DNA of 43,263 nt from a virus: the IMG/VR virus record IMGVR_UViG_3300009431_000882; one strand, written 5' to 3'. This document shows, one piece after another, positions 8,218 through 17,067 of the stretch. The notes beneath the pieces are model-generated. The model had not been told where the DNA came from. It ran no database searches and saw only the letters and a program-made list of their open reading frames with translations. A program made the translations under genes and the position numbers. Numbering within the stretch: position 1 is the stretch's first letter; each line of letters starts with the position of its first letter.

Positions 8218-9575
8218 GATTTCGACAGTACTTAGAACAAGCAGAAGATGCCAAAACGATGCGGGCTCATATCCCCCTCGACCCGGAAGTTTACGTCCTA
8301 AAGAACTTGTTTGACAAGCACGGTCACGATCTGCGAGTAGTCGGCGGGGCAGTACGAGACTTCTTAACACACGTCTACCGAGGCGGTAATGGGTCGAAAT
8401 ATAAGCCAAAGGACATCGATCTAGTGACACCCGCTCCACCAGACGAAATTAAGGCGGTCATCACAAGCCAGGATGCTGAGGAGAAAGGCATCCACGATCT
8501 TCCAATTGGAGCAGCTTTCGGTGTCATAGCAGCGGTCTTTCCTAGACGCACGAATGATCCAAAAGAAAAACCACCTATGTATGAAATTGCCACTTATCGA
8601 AAAGACATAGGCGCTGGACGACGCCCTGATGCAGTAGAATACGTCTCAGATGCAACACATGATGCGAAACGACGTGATCTAGCGTACAATGCCTTATACT
8701 ATGACGTTCCTGATAAGCCCGGCGAGGAAGGGATTCTTTACGATTACAGCGGTGGCCAAGGATTCGAGGACTGTAAAACCGGTTTTCCTCATTTTGTTGG
8801 CGAGCCGCTTGAGCGTTGTAGAGAAGACAACCTTCGTGTGATGCGATACATTCGTTTTCTCTCCAGAGGACACGTGGGCGGACCAGAGGTCGTCGAGAGA
8901 GAAGACGCCAAAGCAGCGGAAGCCCTGCGACAATTTGCCAGTATGCCAGGCGTTTCGTCCGAAAGAATCATAGCCGAGTTTCTATCTGGCCTGAAATCAG
9001 CACTTGATCCGGTCAACTACCTACGTACGCTTCATCATTTTGGCATAATGGACCGCATGTTCTCCAATCTTCAAGTTAACACCAAGTTTCAGAACCTCAG
9101 AACGCTTGGTTCAGGAGACATGGTAAGGAATCCCCGGATCGTTTTGGCCTACATCCTAAAAGACAATCCACCTGAGACCCTAGGCCAGGCGCTACAGACG
9201 CTCAAATTCAACAGTCCCCAAGAAGCTGGTAGATTGGTAGAAGGCATTGTGTTTCTAGTAAGTTTGCAAAATCTCAGCACCGACACGGCTACCGGTCTTT
9301 CAAAGACTAGAGACAAACTACGGCCAGATGTAAGGATGCCTGATCCTAAAGCTAGAGAGAGCTTTATCTCTCAACACAACGACGAAATGAGAGCCTGGGC
9401 CGCTCTACTTAAACTAGATCAGAATACAATGGCTGACTTCACTCGCTATGAACGAACTATCAGAGGAACCGACCCTCGATTCGCCGGTTTGCAAGGCAAA
9501 GAGTTAGGAAAAGCAATCAAAGACGCTGAGCAAGAAGCCTTTGTTGCGTTGTCGAAAAAGAAGAAAAAGAGGTAG
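8214..9575 (+). CDS. CCA-adding tRNA nucleotidyltransferase / poly(A) polymerase family protein (class II head domain)
   Basis: Motifs LRVVGGAVRDFL...DIDLVT, YEIATYRKD, RRDLAYNALYYD and EDNLRVMRYIRFLSRG match the class-II nucleotidyltransferase head and neck. The start is reassigned to the ATG at 8214, which overlaps the upstream stop. The track ORF begins at 8118. Confidence 0.75.
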   Translation: MRFRQYLEQAEDAKTMRAHIPLDPEVYVLKNLFDKHGHDLRVVGGAVRDFLTHVYRGGNGSKYKPKDIDLVTPAPPDEIKAVITSQDAEEKGIHDLPIGAAFGVIAAVFPRRTNDPKEKPPMYEIATYRKDIGAGRRPDAVEYVSDATHDAKRRDLAYNALYYDVPDKPGEEGILYDYSGGQGFEDCKTGFPHFVGEPLERCREDNLRVMRYIRFLSRGHVGGPEVVEREDAKAAEALRQFASMPGVSSERIIAEFLSGLKSALDPVNYLRTLHHFGIMDRMFSNLQVNTKFQNLRTLGSGDMVRNPRIVLAYILKDNPPETLGQALQTLKFNSPQEAGRLVEGIVFLVSLQNLSTDTATGLSKTRDKLRPDVRMPDPKARESFISQHNDEMRAWAALLKLDQNTMADFTRYERTIRGTDPRFAGLQGKELGKAIKDAEQEAFVALSKKKKKR

Positions 9576-9576
9576 A

Positions 9577-10296
9577 ATGTTCCGTAGGTATTTTGTCACA
9601 GAGGAAACTCGAAAAGAAAACATCGTAAAGATCGACATCTTTGATTTCGATGACACTCTGGTCTACACCCCTACCGAAGACAAGGCCGCTCGAATCATAG
9701 CTCGCTATAATCACAAAGCTCAGGATCAAGGTAAAAGGCAGTTCAAACTCAAAGAAGATGAATACTACTGGTACAACCCACAATCGTTAGAACCACCAGT
9801 GGTGCCTAAGCCTACGCCATGTGCTATGTTGAACCAAAAAGTGGCACAGGAATTCTATGCTTCGCAACGAGACCCTAGCTGCCTCACTGTACTACTCACA
9901 GGCAGACCACCAGAATTGCGAAAACACATACAACGGGTTCTTGATGACTTCAAACTAAAGCCAGATCGTTTCTACCTGATGCTTAAAGGCCACCAGGTAA
10001 TGCGAAAAAAGGTCGACCGGATCGCTAAACTACTCGATGAGTTCCCACAGATAGAAGAAATCGCACTGTGGGATGATAAAGGCCCAGATCGAGCTAAACT
10101 GATTGGGAATCCCGATGAGAACCATATAGCGGACTTCAGACGATTTCTTAACATCTGCAAGGCAAAACGGGAGCGGCGAGACCCAAATTGGAAACTCAAA
10201 ATCAAAGTAAATGAAGTGCCGCCCCGTGATGAAGAGTCAGTGAAACTGCTACTACAACAGAACCCTGACTACGGAAACGCAGAAAAGAAGCGCTAG
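9577..10296 (+). CDS. HAD-superfamily phosphatase, resembling the T4 polynucleotide kinase phosphatase domain
   Basis: Motif I DIFDFDDTL (DxDxT), motif II LLTGR and motif IV WDDKG, in the same order as T4 Pnkp (FDVDGTL, VSGR, IDDR). The ATG lies 1 nt after the stop of the CCA-enzyme gene. RBS AAGAGG. Confidence 0.6.
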   Translation: MFRRYFVTEETRKENIVKIDIFDFDDTLVYTPTEDKAARIIARYNHKAQDQGKRQFKLKEDEYYWYNPQSLEPPVVPKPTPCAMLNQKVAQEFYASQRDPSCLTVLLTGRPPELRKHIQRVLDDFKLKPDRFYLMLKGHQVMRKKVDRIAKLLDEFPQIEEIALWDDKGPDRAKLIGNPDENHIADFRRFLNICKAKRERRDPNWKLKIKVNEVPPRDEESVKLLLQQNPDYGNAEKKR

Positions 10297-10652
10297 TCTT
10301 CTTCTTCCAAGCAGTGGCCTTTGATCGATGAGTACATCACCATACCACGCTTGCGGCCTTCGCTAGAGAACTTATAGTCGCCGTAGTTGGGAGCAAAATG
10401 AATCGCCCCGTCGATAAAGACCCTATGCCCCACTTCAACCCCAACTCCTTCCGGCACTTGTGGGCCAACATCGAGAACATAGGCTTCGTGAATGGCTAAA
10501 TTACTATCCCCAGTGAGCTTCAACTTAGTATTAAGAACTTCCTGTGCTGACAGCACTTCCACAAAGATATAACTGCCGTAGGCTTTGACATCGACGATTT
10601 TACGCAGTGGCGACCGATCCTCTACCACTTCTTCTCTTAACAACACAGTCAT
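10293..10652 (-). CDS. GroES/Hsp10-like small protein (co-chaperonin fold), 119 aa
   Basis: VLDVGPQVPEGVGVEVGHRVFIDG resembles the GroES core VVAVGPG...VKVGDKVLF. Low-stringency similarity only. Confidence 0.4.
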   Translation of the reverse strand: MTVLLREEVVEDRSPLRKIVDVKAYGSYIFVEVLSAQEVLNTKLKLTGDSNLAIHEAYVLDVGPQVPEGVGVEVGHRVFIDGAIHFAPNYGDYKFSSEGRKRGMVMYSSIKGHCLEEED

Positions 10653-10703
10653 TACTTTCTCCTTCAGATAAGGTTGGCTTATCTAAAGAAGAGTAATGGC
10701 TGG

Positions 10704-11021
10704 TTATCCTTTGCCTAACAATCGCCAAATAGTAGCCCTATCAAGAGAAATCGCCCGGTGGATTTCCACCGGGCGATTTCGTTGGATTTCGTTGATTGCT
10801 TGAAGGATGTCATCAAGGTCGTGTCCGTGGTTGCCTCCGCTGTTCAGCCAAATAAAGTATGCTCGTGTTTGGATATCGTCCCATGATTCACTCAGAGCAA
10901 CTGGGCAGAAACCAAAGCGGTCAGCAAATCTCAGCGTCCTAGAGAGAGCGTACCAGCGGGCTTTGATGTTATCCCCGTGGCGGCGCTTTCGAGTACCGTC
11001 AGGGGCTAAGTTGGGTGTCAT
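10704..11021 (-). CDS. hypothetical protein, 105 aa
   Basis: ORF with normal composition. Same orientation as the GroES-like gene. Confidence 0.4.
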   Translation of the reverse strand: MTPNLAPDGTRKRRHGDNIKARWYALSRTLRFADRFGFCPVALSESWDDIQTRAYFIWLNSGGNHGHDLDDILQAINEIQRNRPVEIHRAISLDRATIWRLLGKG

Positions 11022-11132
11022 GGCTACACCTCACCTCTGGGCGGCTTCTGGGTTGTCTTCTCTATCTATAACTTCGGCAACAGAATCGCTCAATATGAAT
11101 TTTTTGCGGCGCTTGCTAGCATAAATACCCAC

Positions 11133-11357
11133 ATGAAACGGTTTCGCAAATGGCTTGAAAGCAATGCCGACTACGACCAGGCATTGAATCGTCCTCAATT
11201 CATGTCCCCTCGTTTCGACCCTAGGAAACGGGGTTCGCATAGGATTGGGGAAAAGCAAGAAGACCCGATGTACCACACCCTTCACAAGCGGCGCAAATCC
11301 CGTGCTGCCACGAAGAGCCCCGCCGACGAACTTTTCGGTTTTATAAATAAATCCTAA
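11133..11357 (+). CDS. hypothetical small basic protein, 74 aa
   Basis: ORF. The motif TGCTAGCATAAAT lies 12 nt upstream of the ATG, so the mRNA may be leaderless. Confidence 0.4.
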   Translation: MKRFRKWLESNADYDQALNRPQFMSPRFDPRKRGSHRIGEKQEDPMYHTLHKRRKSRAATKSPADELFGFINKS

Positions 11358-11432
11358 AGGCCCTCAAGTGCTAGTACCGATACTGCTAGTACGAGCCCGC
11401 ATCTTGTAATTGACCGATGTTTTTGGATCACT

Positions 11433-12179
11433 ATGCTTATACTAGATTCCCTCGCATACACGGCAAAAGTAGCTCAACGGACACGTGTAACAGCAATGCC
11501 AAAAAAAAAAGCAGTACGAAAAGCCGCATCAATGTCTACACTCAAACTGAGGCTCCAAGACGATCAACTCAAACGGGAACGCCTTGAGCGAAAGAAATGT
11601 TTCCGCATTGAGCCTATGAATGTTTTCAACGACGACGAAGTTATCACGGGCGAGATACGGTTGTTGTCTGAAGATAGTTACTGGGAAGTCCACTACAAAA
11701 CTACTGGAGGAAGTTGGACTTCATGGCAGGGCTTAGATACGTCTTCTTATCAGGATGCTAGGGCATTGGCGACAGATTACATTCTTCGCCAATATCTCTA
11801 TAGGCAGTCACAGCAAATAGATCGGGAGCGAAAAGTAGTTGATGGTATCAACCGGCTATCTCTTCCAATGTTACATCGCATCAGGGACACGGTCGCCCGG
11901 CGATTATCTTATCTCTTTGCTTTCCAGACTCGTGTTCTCTTTTCGGAACACGAACTCAACGAATCGGAACAATCGTACGTCGGCGTAGTCCTAATACAAA
12001 GGCAGTTGAAAGAAGCCCAAACGGCGCTTGCCTCAGCAGAAGAAAAGTACAAGCTCCTCGTGGATAGGACAAAGAACGAGGTTCGAGAAGGTAAATGCGA
12101 AGCCGTAGCCGAACAAATCAAAGAGATTGAGCGTAGTGAAGAAGACGGAGTGAAGAAGAATGTCATTAACACGTGCTGA
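11433..12179 (+). CDS. hypothetical protein, 248 aa (alternative start at 11496)
   Basis: Long ORF. An A10 run at 11501..11510 encodes KKK. The C-terminal region is coiled-coil. Confidence 0.5.
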   Translation: MLILDSLAYTAKVAQRTRVTAMPKKKAVRKAASMSTLKLRLQDDQLKRERLERKKCFRIEPMNVFNDDEVITGEIRLLSEDSYWEVHYKTTGGSWTSWQGLDTSSYQDARALATDYILRQYLYRQSQQIDRERKVVDGINRLSLPMLHRIRDTVARRLSYLFAFQTRVLFSEHELNESEQSYVGVVLIQRQLKEAQTALASAEEKYKLLVDRTKNEVREGKCEAVAEQIKEIERSEEDGVKKNVINTC

Positions 12180-12498
12180 CATCGACTATTTCGCAAAAGC
12201 ACTCGAAAGTTCCTCGACAGCAAAAGTTCGGGAAATGCGGCGTTTGCTGGAAACCGAACTCGCTCTACGCACAAAAAGGGTACTTACCAGCTTTATCGCA
12301 GACTACGATTTAAGACCGGTTGAGATTGCTTATATTCAGCGACTTTTGCTCGACAACCAATTGCGCACAGTCAGCAACGAGCAAGCTAATGTCCGCCGTA
12401 CGTATGACCGGATTCGTAAGAAGGCAATGGTGATGATCCGGGAAGACGTATGCCGCATCGTCGCCGACCGCATGTCACAGGCTTTCGCAAGAGGCTAG
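12160..12498 (+). CDS. hypothetical protein, 112 aa, possibly a helix-turn-helix (sigma region-4-like) protein
   Basis: ORF that overlaps the upstream gene. Weak HTH-like pattern EIAYIQRLL...RRTYDRIRKKA. Confidence 0.4.
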   Translation: MSLTRADIDYFAKALESSSTAKVREMRRLLETELALRTKRVLTSFIADYDLRPVEIAYIQRLLLDNQLRTVSNEQANVRRTYDRIRKKAMVMIREDVCRIVADRMSQAFARG

Positions 12499-12499
12499 A

Positions 12500-13015
12500 A
12501 TGCCCAAACACATAGAAGTAGATCAGGTAGAACTTGAATCCGCCATTGAGCTTGTAGAAGAGAACGGACCTCTTCCAAGTCTTCTTGCTTTGTCCACTCA
12601 AGTTTCAGAAACGATGGGTGGATATCCTCCTCCCTACATCGTCAAGTCACGCATTGAAACTTGGCAAATTGAAGTCAAAACAAAATCTGGGCGCAAAAGG
12701 AATGCTCGGCCGAGCGTAGATAATCCGTCACCATCACCTTCAGTAGGTCGCAACATGACGATTATCTACACACCATCGGGTCCATGCCCGTACAAATTAC
12801 TTGGTACCGACAAGAAAATGGTCGAGGTTTGGGTTGAAAAAATCACAACAGACGGGTACACCAGAAATGTCTGGTACTCAAAGAACGCCCTCGCTTATTA
12901 TGTCCGCCAGTTCTATGATATTTTCTCGCCTGAATATGAAGCTGTGAGGGAAGTTATCAATAGGCTTCCGCTCGATTACCCACCTGAAGAAGAAGAGATT
13001 GACGAAAGTGCATAG
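12500..13015 (+). CDS. hypothetical protein, 171 aa
   Basis: ORF that starts 2 nt after the upstream stop. Confidence 0.5.
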   Translation: MPKHIEVDQVELESAIELVEENGPLPSLLALSTQVSETMGGYPPPYIVKSRIETWQIEVKTKSGRKRNARPSVDNPSPSPSVGRNMTIIYTPSGPCPYKLLGTDKKMVEVWVEKITTDGYTRNVWYSKNALAYYVRQFYDIFSPEYEAVREVINRLPLDYPPEEEEIDESA

Positions 13016-13023
13016 ATACCCAC

Positions 13024-13800
13024 ATGGGTAAAGCACTAGCCAAAATTTTTGGTCTGTTGGTCCTCTTCCCCGCCATCGCTAACGCTTACCAGGACGGCAC
13101 CCTTTTGGTAATCAAACACGGCCACCGGGCTGTAGAGCGACACACTGACAGCCCTTTCACGCATGTTGCCATCATCTTTCGGGATGGAGACGGTCTCAAC
13201 GTTTACGAATCAGCGTACCCAGGGGGCGTTCGTAGAGTCCCAATCGACACCTATGTGGAGATGATATCTGCCGAACAGAGGCAAAAAGGAAGGCCGCAAC
13301 TGTATCTCATGCGTCCCAAGCGGCCGTTCACGGCTCGCCAGAGAGAACTCATGCGACATTATGCCCGCTCACAGTTGGGTCGTCGCTATTCAATACGAAG
13401 TTTCCTTACCGGTCGTGTTGGAAGTGGAATTCACTGCTGTGAGTTCATCGGCAACGTACTTTCAATTGGCGGTGTGCTCCCAAGATGCAACACGACACGG
13501 CTGGCACCAAAGGATATTATCACCGTGTTAGACGATTGGTATGAAGAAATGGAATTGGTGATGAATCCTATACCAACAGCTTCTTCATCTTCTCGAAACC
13601 CTCAATCGCAGACTTCATACGAGCGTCGGCTTCCTCCTGACTCTTTATTCGATGAGCCTCCCATTGAGTCACTGCCTGCCGCCTCGCCTCTATTGTTAAC
13701 CCCTGGTCATTCTTTTCAGCGACTCGCTTGCGATTCGCACACATCTGTGAAGTCTTCAAGTACTTCTCATATTCTTCCATTGACTTGCGGAACTGGTTAA
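13024..13800 (+). CDS. permuted papain-fold peptidase (YiiX/YaeF/DUF830-like; NlpC/P60 superfamily), with a signal peptide and a low-complexity tail
   Basis: Signal-like N-terminus MGKALAKIFGLLVLFPAIANA. His motif THVAIIF. Cys motif GIHCCEFIGNVL, as in the YiiX/poxvirus G6 family. The S/P-rich tail 13560..13800 is antisense to gene 13568..13849 and may not be translated. Confidence 0.5.
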   Translation: MGKALAKIFGLLVLFPAIANAYQDGTLLVIKHGHRAVERHTDSPFTHVAIIFRDGDGLNVYESAYPGGVRRVPIDTYVEMISAEQRQKGRPQLYLMRPKRPFTARQRELMRHYARSQLGRRYSIRSFLTGRVGSGIHCCEFIGNVLSIGGVLPRCNTTRLAPKDIITVLDDWYEEMELVMNPIPTASSSSRNPQSQTSYERRLPPDSLFDEPPIESLPAASPLLLTPGHSFQRLACDSHTSVKSSSTSHILPLTCGTG

Positions 13801-13849
13801 GGGAGTAGTAGAACTGCTCGACCTTCTGCTGCTTTGTCAATCTGGCCAT
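13568..13849 (-). CDS. hypothetical coiled-coil protein, 93 aa
   Basis: K/E-rich ORF with normal composition. Overlaps the 3' tail of the plus-strand peptidase ORF. Confidence 0.4.
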   Translation of the reverse strand: MARLTKQQKVEQFYYSLNQFRKSMEEYEKYLKTSQMCANRKRVAEKNDQGLTIEARRQAVTQWEAHRIKSQEEADARMKSAIEGFEKMKKLLV

Positions 13850-13874
13850 ATCGCCTCCTTTTGACGTATCAGAG

Positions 13875-14249
13875 TCAATCCCACGTGATTCTCACCTGGC
13901 CATCTTGCTTGGACGGTATGTAGCCCATGTCTAAGCCGTTGATCTCCATTACGTCGTAGCCACGTTCCAGGTAAGCGATCTTTAACTCCTCGGCGATCTC
14001 GTCCAGCCGTTTTCCGGCTGCGCCTACGTTGGGGTAACGAGTGTTCGCTAAGTGCTGCCTTAGCCCAATGACAGGACTGGAGAAGAACGCCTGCACGGGC
14101 GTCGTGTCTGGCGGACACCAGACATCCAGATTGCCGAAGAAGGCGTCCAGATCGGAAATTGCCCAGCTTGACAGGCCATCGGGTAGTTCGTCAAAGAGGC
14201 CATAATATAGTGCAGCCACTCGACGGTTGCGGTAAGCGTCGTAGTTCAT
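13875..14249 (-). CDS. hypothetical protein, 124 aa
   Basis: ORF with normal composition, upstream of gene 13568 on the minus strand. Confidence 0.45.
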   Translation of the reverse strand: MNYDAYRNRRVAALYYGLFDELPDGLSSWAISDLDAFFGNLDVWCPPDTTPVQAFFSSPVIGLRQHLANTRYPNVGAAGKRLDEIAEELKIAYLERGYDVMEINGLDMGYIPSKQDGQVRITWD

Positions 14250-14385
14250 GTGATAGCGTCCCCTGTGCTAGCAGAGCAATCCGGTCGGGAAATTGCCGTT
14301 CCCCCGCTCCAGCTTTGACGATATACTTATGGCCGACGTGAACAGGATTTCGTCCCCGTTTCCAGATCGGATGGAGGTGTTTTCG

Positions 14386-14988
14386 ATGATTGAGTTGACC
14401 ACATTGCTGAAACTGTTGTGCCTGAGTCTTGGCGGTGCTGTCTTCTTCCTCTGGGAGAGACAGAACTACAAACGAGAAATCCGAACCGGCCTGGCAACCG
14501 CCACCGGTTTGTTAACAATCATCTGTGGCAATGAATGGGGTCTCTTCGGGTTACTGACCCCGATTCTCGCAAGCGGCATCGGATTTTCGCTGTACTGGAT
14601 CAGTGCTGAAGGCATCACCTGGGGCCAGGAAGCTGCCTTTGAACGACGAGGACTTACCGCCGACATCTATATGAAGATGCATCCGGCAAGCCAATACGTC
14701 ATGGCTTGGGGACTGAATAAAACAACAAACACATTCCTCAAGACACAACTTGGAGAAACCTATCCAAAACAGCGTGGCGGGTACGTATTTCCGCCAAACC
14801 TCATCGAGTCGATTATGCACCAATTCATGCAAGCAGGTCTCACGGTGGCCACGCATCCAAACTTGGAAGGACTTGTTCCCGACGACACGCCCGGTTGCGA
14901 AGCTGCTCCCTATCCAATGCCCCCGGTAAAACAAAGGGAACCAAAGAAACCCAAAGTCGGCTTCTACCAGCCGACAAAGTCTGTGTAA
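14386..14988 (+). CDS. hypothetical membrane protein (3-4 N-terminal TM helices), about 200 aa
   Basis: Start chosen at the ATG at 14386, which has GGAGGTG 6 nt upstream. The track ORF begins at a TTG at 14293. Confidence 0.5.
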   Translation: MIELTTLLKLLCLSLGGAVFFLWERQNYKREIRTGLATATGLLTIICGNEWGLFGLLTPILASGIGFSLYWISAEGITWGQEAAFERRGLTADIYMKMHPASQYVMAWGLNKTTNTFLKTQLGETYPKQRGGYVFPPNLIESIMHQFMQAGLTVATHPNLEGLVPDDTPGCEAAPYPMPPVKQREPKKPKVGFYQPTKSV

Positions 14989-15098
14989 CCCCCACAGTGA
15001 AGAGACCATAGGGTCGGGGTCGAAATAATTGCCCTTGTTTGGTTTTCGGTTTCTTCGTAAAAAATGCGTTGTCGTTACGCCCAAACGGAGAAACCGAA

Positions 15099-15530
15099 AT
15101 GAGTAGTGTGAGCCAAGAATACCAAACAGGGCAGCTAGCGTTGAAGTGCCTCGCTGCTACCCTATGCGCCCTCATCATCACCATAGGTTCTTGCCAAACC
15201 ATCGCCAACAGAGCACGCTACGAGTATCTACAAGAGACGGACCCTCGTATCTTGTTGGCCGAGATGGCGCTGAGTCTTGAAGCAAGCGAAGAATCTGGCT
15301 TCCGCCATCTATGGGATCGGGCTAACGATAGAGAATGCGATCAACTAATCGAATACCGGCGTCTGTTGCTGATGAGTCGGTTGCTGCGCTATAAGATGGC
15401 GCTCTCAGTGGGAGATGAAAAACAGTTCAAGGAAGCAATCAACTCGCTACCTATCAAGCTACCCACGGACATGACGGACTTGGAAGAGCAAATCTCCCAA
15501 CTCAAGACACAGTTCAAAGAGGAGGAGTAG
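15099..15530 (+). CDS. hypothetical protein with one TM helix
   Basis: ATG at 15099 with GGAGAAA upstream. The track ORF begins at a TTG at 15039. Confidence 0.5.
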   Translation: MSSVSQEYQTGQLALKCLAATLCALIITIGSCQTIANRARYEYLQETDPRILLAEMALSLEASEESGFRHLWDRANDRECDQLIEYRRLLLMSRLLRYKMALSVGDEKQFKEAINSLPIKLPTDMTDLEEQISQLKTQFKEEE

Positions 15531-15545
15531 CCCCTTCGCAACCAG

Positions 15546-15588
15546 CGCCCCGCTCGGCAGCAGCCGAGCGGGGCGTTCCCACTTTGAT
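15546..15588 (+). terminator. intrinsic terminator (12-bp stem CGCCCCGCTCGG/CCGAGCGGGGCG, then TTCCCACTTTG)
   Basis: Perfect inverted repeat 16 nt after the stop of gene 15099..15530, followed by a T-rich run. Confidence 0.45.
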
Positions 15589-15603
15589 GACGGGACGAAT
15601 AGG

Positions 15604-15966
15604 ATGTTTGAAGCCGACTCGGAAATCATCTCGCTTGGGAAGATGGCGGTATTCTATCTGCCCGCCAAGAAGCTCAAAGAACACCCTGACGTACAGACTC
15701 AACTCGAACACACCCTCATCTCAGAGTACCAGGGCTGGACAAAGCATACCGAACATATCGTAGGTGGTTATCAGCAAGGAAGCGCCACTGTCACCGACGA
15801 TCACGTAAGATACGAAGTCAGCTTCGCCGGAAAGGATCGTGTTGCGCCCTTCGTAGCAATGCTCAAACAGGTCTGTCGTGACCTGGAAGAAGTGAGCATC
15901 TACTTGACGATGGGAGAACAATCTTTCCTGGTGCAACCGAAATCAGAAGGAGCAAAAGATGTATGA
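15604..15966 (+). CDS. hypothetical protein, 120 aa
   Basis: ORF. Its end overlaps the next gene. Confidence 0.5.
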   Translation: MFEADSEIISLGKMAVFYLPAKKLKEHPDVQTQLEHTLISEYQGWTKHTEHIVGGYQQGSATVTDDHVRYEVSFAGKDRVAPFVAMLKQVCRDLEEVSIYLTMGEQSFLVQPKSEGAKDV

Positions 15967-16411
15967 TGATCTCGATAGCCCAATAGCGCCTCTCATCGCC
16001 GCTGTTTGTGTAGCGGTACTTTTGATCGGCATGTTAGTCTTATGCATCACTCGTAGTGCCCACAAGCGAATAGCCAGGCAGGAAGAAGCCCAGGCAGTAC
16101 ACGAAGCCAAAGAAACAAAGCGATCAGCCGTGGTTGGCGTTGTTGATCGCTACGAGTTCCTCGGCCAAGGGGAAAGGCTTGCCATCTACTTTGACGACGG
16201 CAATTCTCTCCTCGCTTGGATCGAGTGGCCCGAATCCGGCCATCACCAGTTGATGATTCCACTGCATCAAAAAGTCACCATCGTTCGCAATGATTTGGGT
16301 TATCTAGTCCCTGATCCAGATTGGATACCACAACAAGCCATTGATCTAGGCCCACAGGAATTTCGTTTTCGTATTACTGTAGACGCCAAACTAACGGAGC
16401 AAGAGCTATGA
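15959..16411 (+). CDS. hypothetical membrane protein, 150 aa
   Basis: GGAG upstream. TM helix IAAVCVAVLLIGMLVLCI. ATGA overlap with the next gene. Confidence 0.5.
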   Translation: MYDDLDSPIAPLIAAVCVAVLLIGMLVLCITRSAHKRIARQEEAQAVHEAKETKRSAVVGVVDRYEFLGQGERLAIYFDDGNSLLAWIEWPESGHHQLMIPLHQKVTIVRNDLGYLVPDPDWIPQQAIDLGPQEFRFRITVDAKLTEQEL

Positions 16412-16971
16412 AGAGGAACACCGTAATAACCTTGGTTGTTTTGGCAGCAGTTACTGCCGCCGTTGTCTGTGCACTAACATTCAGTTGTCTCTGGTGGCTC
16501 TACAACCCCGGCCGTTCCCTCGGCGATCCCGTGTACAAGGAGGTGACGGGCACGATTGAAGATGTTTTCTGCTGCCAGGATCAAGAGACAGTGAAGTTCC
16601 GCTTCGATGATGGTAGGGTCATCACTTTGAAGGCTCCCGACTTCATTCAGTACCTGGAAGAAACCAATCAGCGTGCCTTCTGGTACAACGAACAAGGCAA
16701 GTTGATCGAACTAACAATACGCCAAGACGACACCGGCGACTACCTCGACTCGTTTATACTCAAGCCGCCACCAATTGATATAACAAAGTTCACACGAGAG
16801 GAACTGGCACGAGCAAAACGAGATCAAGAGAACGCCCTTGGCCTGGCGGCCGAGGCTGCCAGGAAAGAGTGCTCCGAGCAAGGAATCGACCCCGATTCCC
16901 CCGAGGGCGAGCAGTTTATTCTGATCCGGGTGGACGAGGCAATCCAGGCAAAGCCGTACCCTCCCCGGTAG
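16408..16971 (+). CDS. hypothetical membrane-anchored protein, 187 aa
   Basis: SD GGAGCAAGAG. N-terminal TM helix. Confidence 0.5.
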   Translation: MKRNTVITLVVLAAVTAAVVCALTFSCLWWLYNPGRSLGDPVYKEVTGTIEDVFCCQDQETVKFRFDDGRVITLKAPDFIQYLEETNQRAFWYNEQGKLIELTIRQDDTGDYLDSFILKPPPIDITKFTREELARAKRDQENALGLAAEAARKECSEQGIDPDSPEGEQFILIRVDEAIQAKPYPPR

Positions 16972-16997
16972 GCCCTGAAAAATTGCTCCAGATAGGC

Positions 16998-17025
16998 TTG
17001 ACACGGACTCCGGGATCGCTAGAAT
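16998..17025 (+). promoter_or_regulatory. sigma70 promoter P1: TTGACA-N16-TAGAAT
   Basis: Consensus -35 at 16998..17003. -10 TAGAAT at 17020..17025. Confidence 0.55.
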
Positions 17026-17067
17026 CGGTCGAGTCGCCTGCGGGTGACGGATTTTTTGGAAACAGGC

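Noticed and set aside
14551-15208. Minus-strand ORFs of 177 and 122 aa antisense to genes 14386 and 15099
   Set aside because: Trp/Cys/Arg-rich, no RBS, and fully nested antisense to better plus-strand genes with SD sites.
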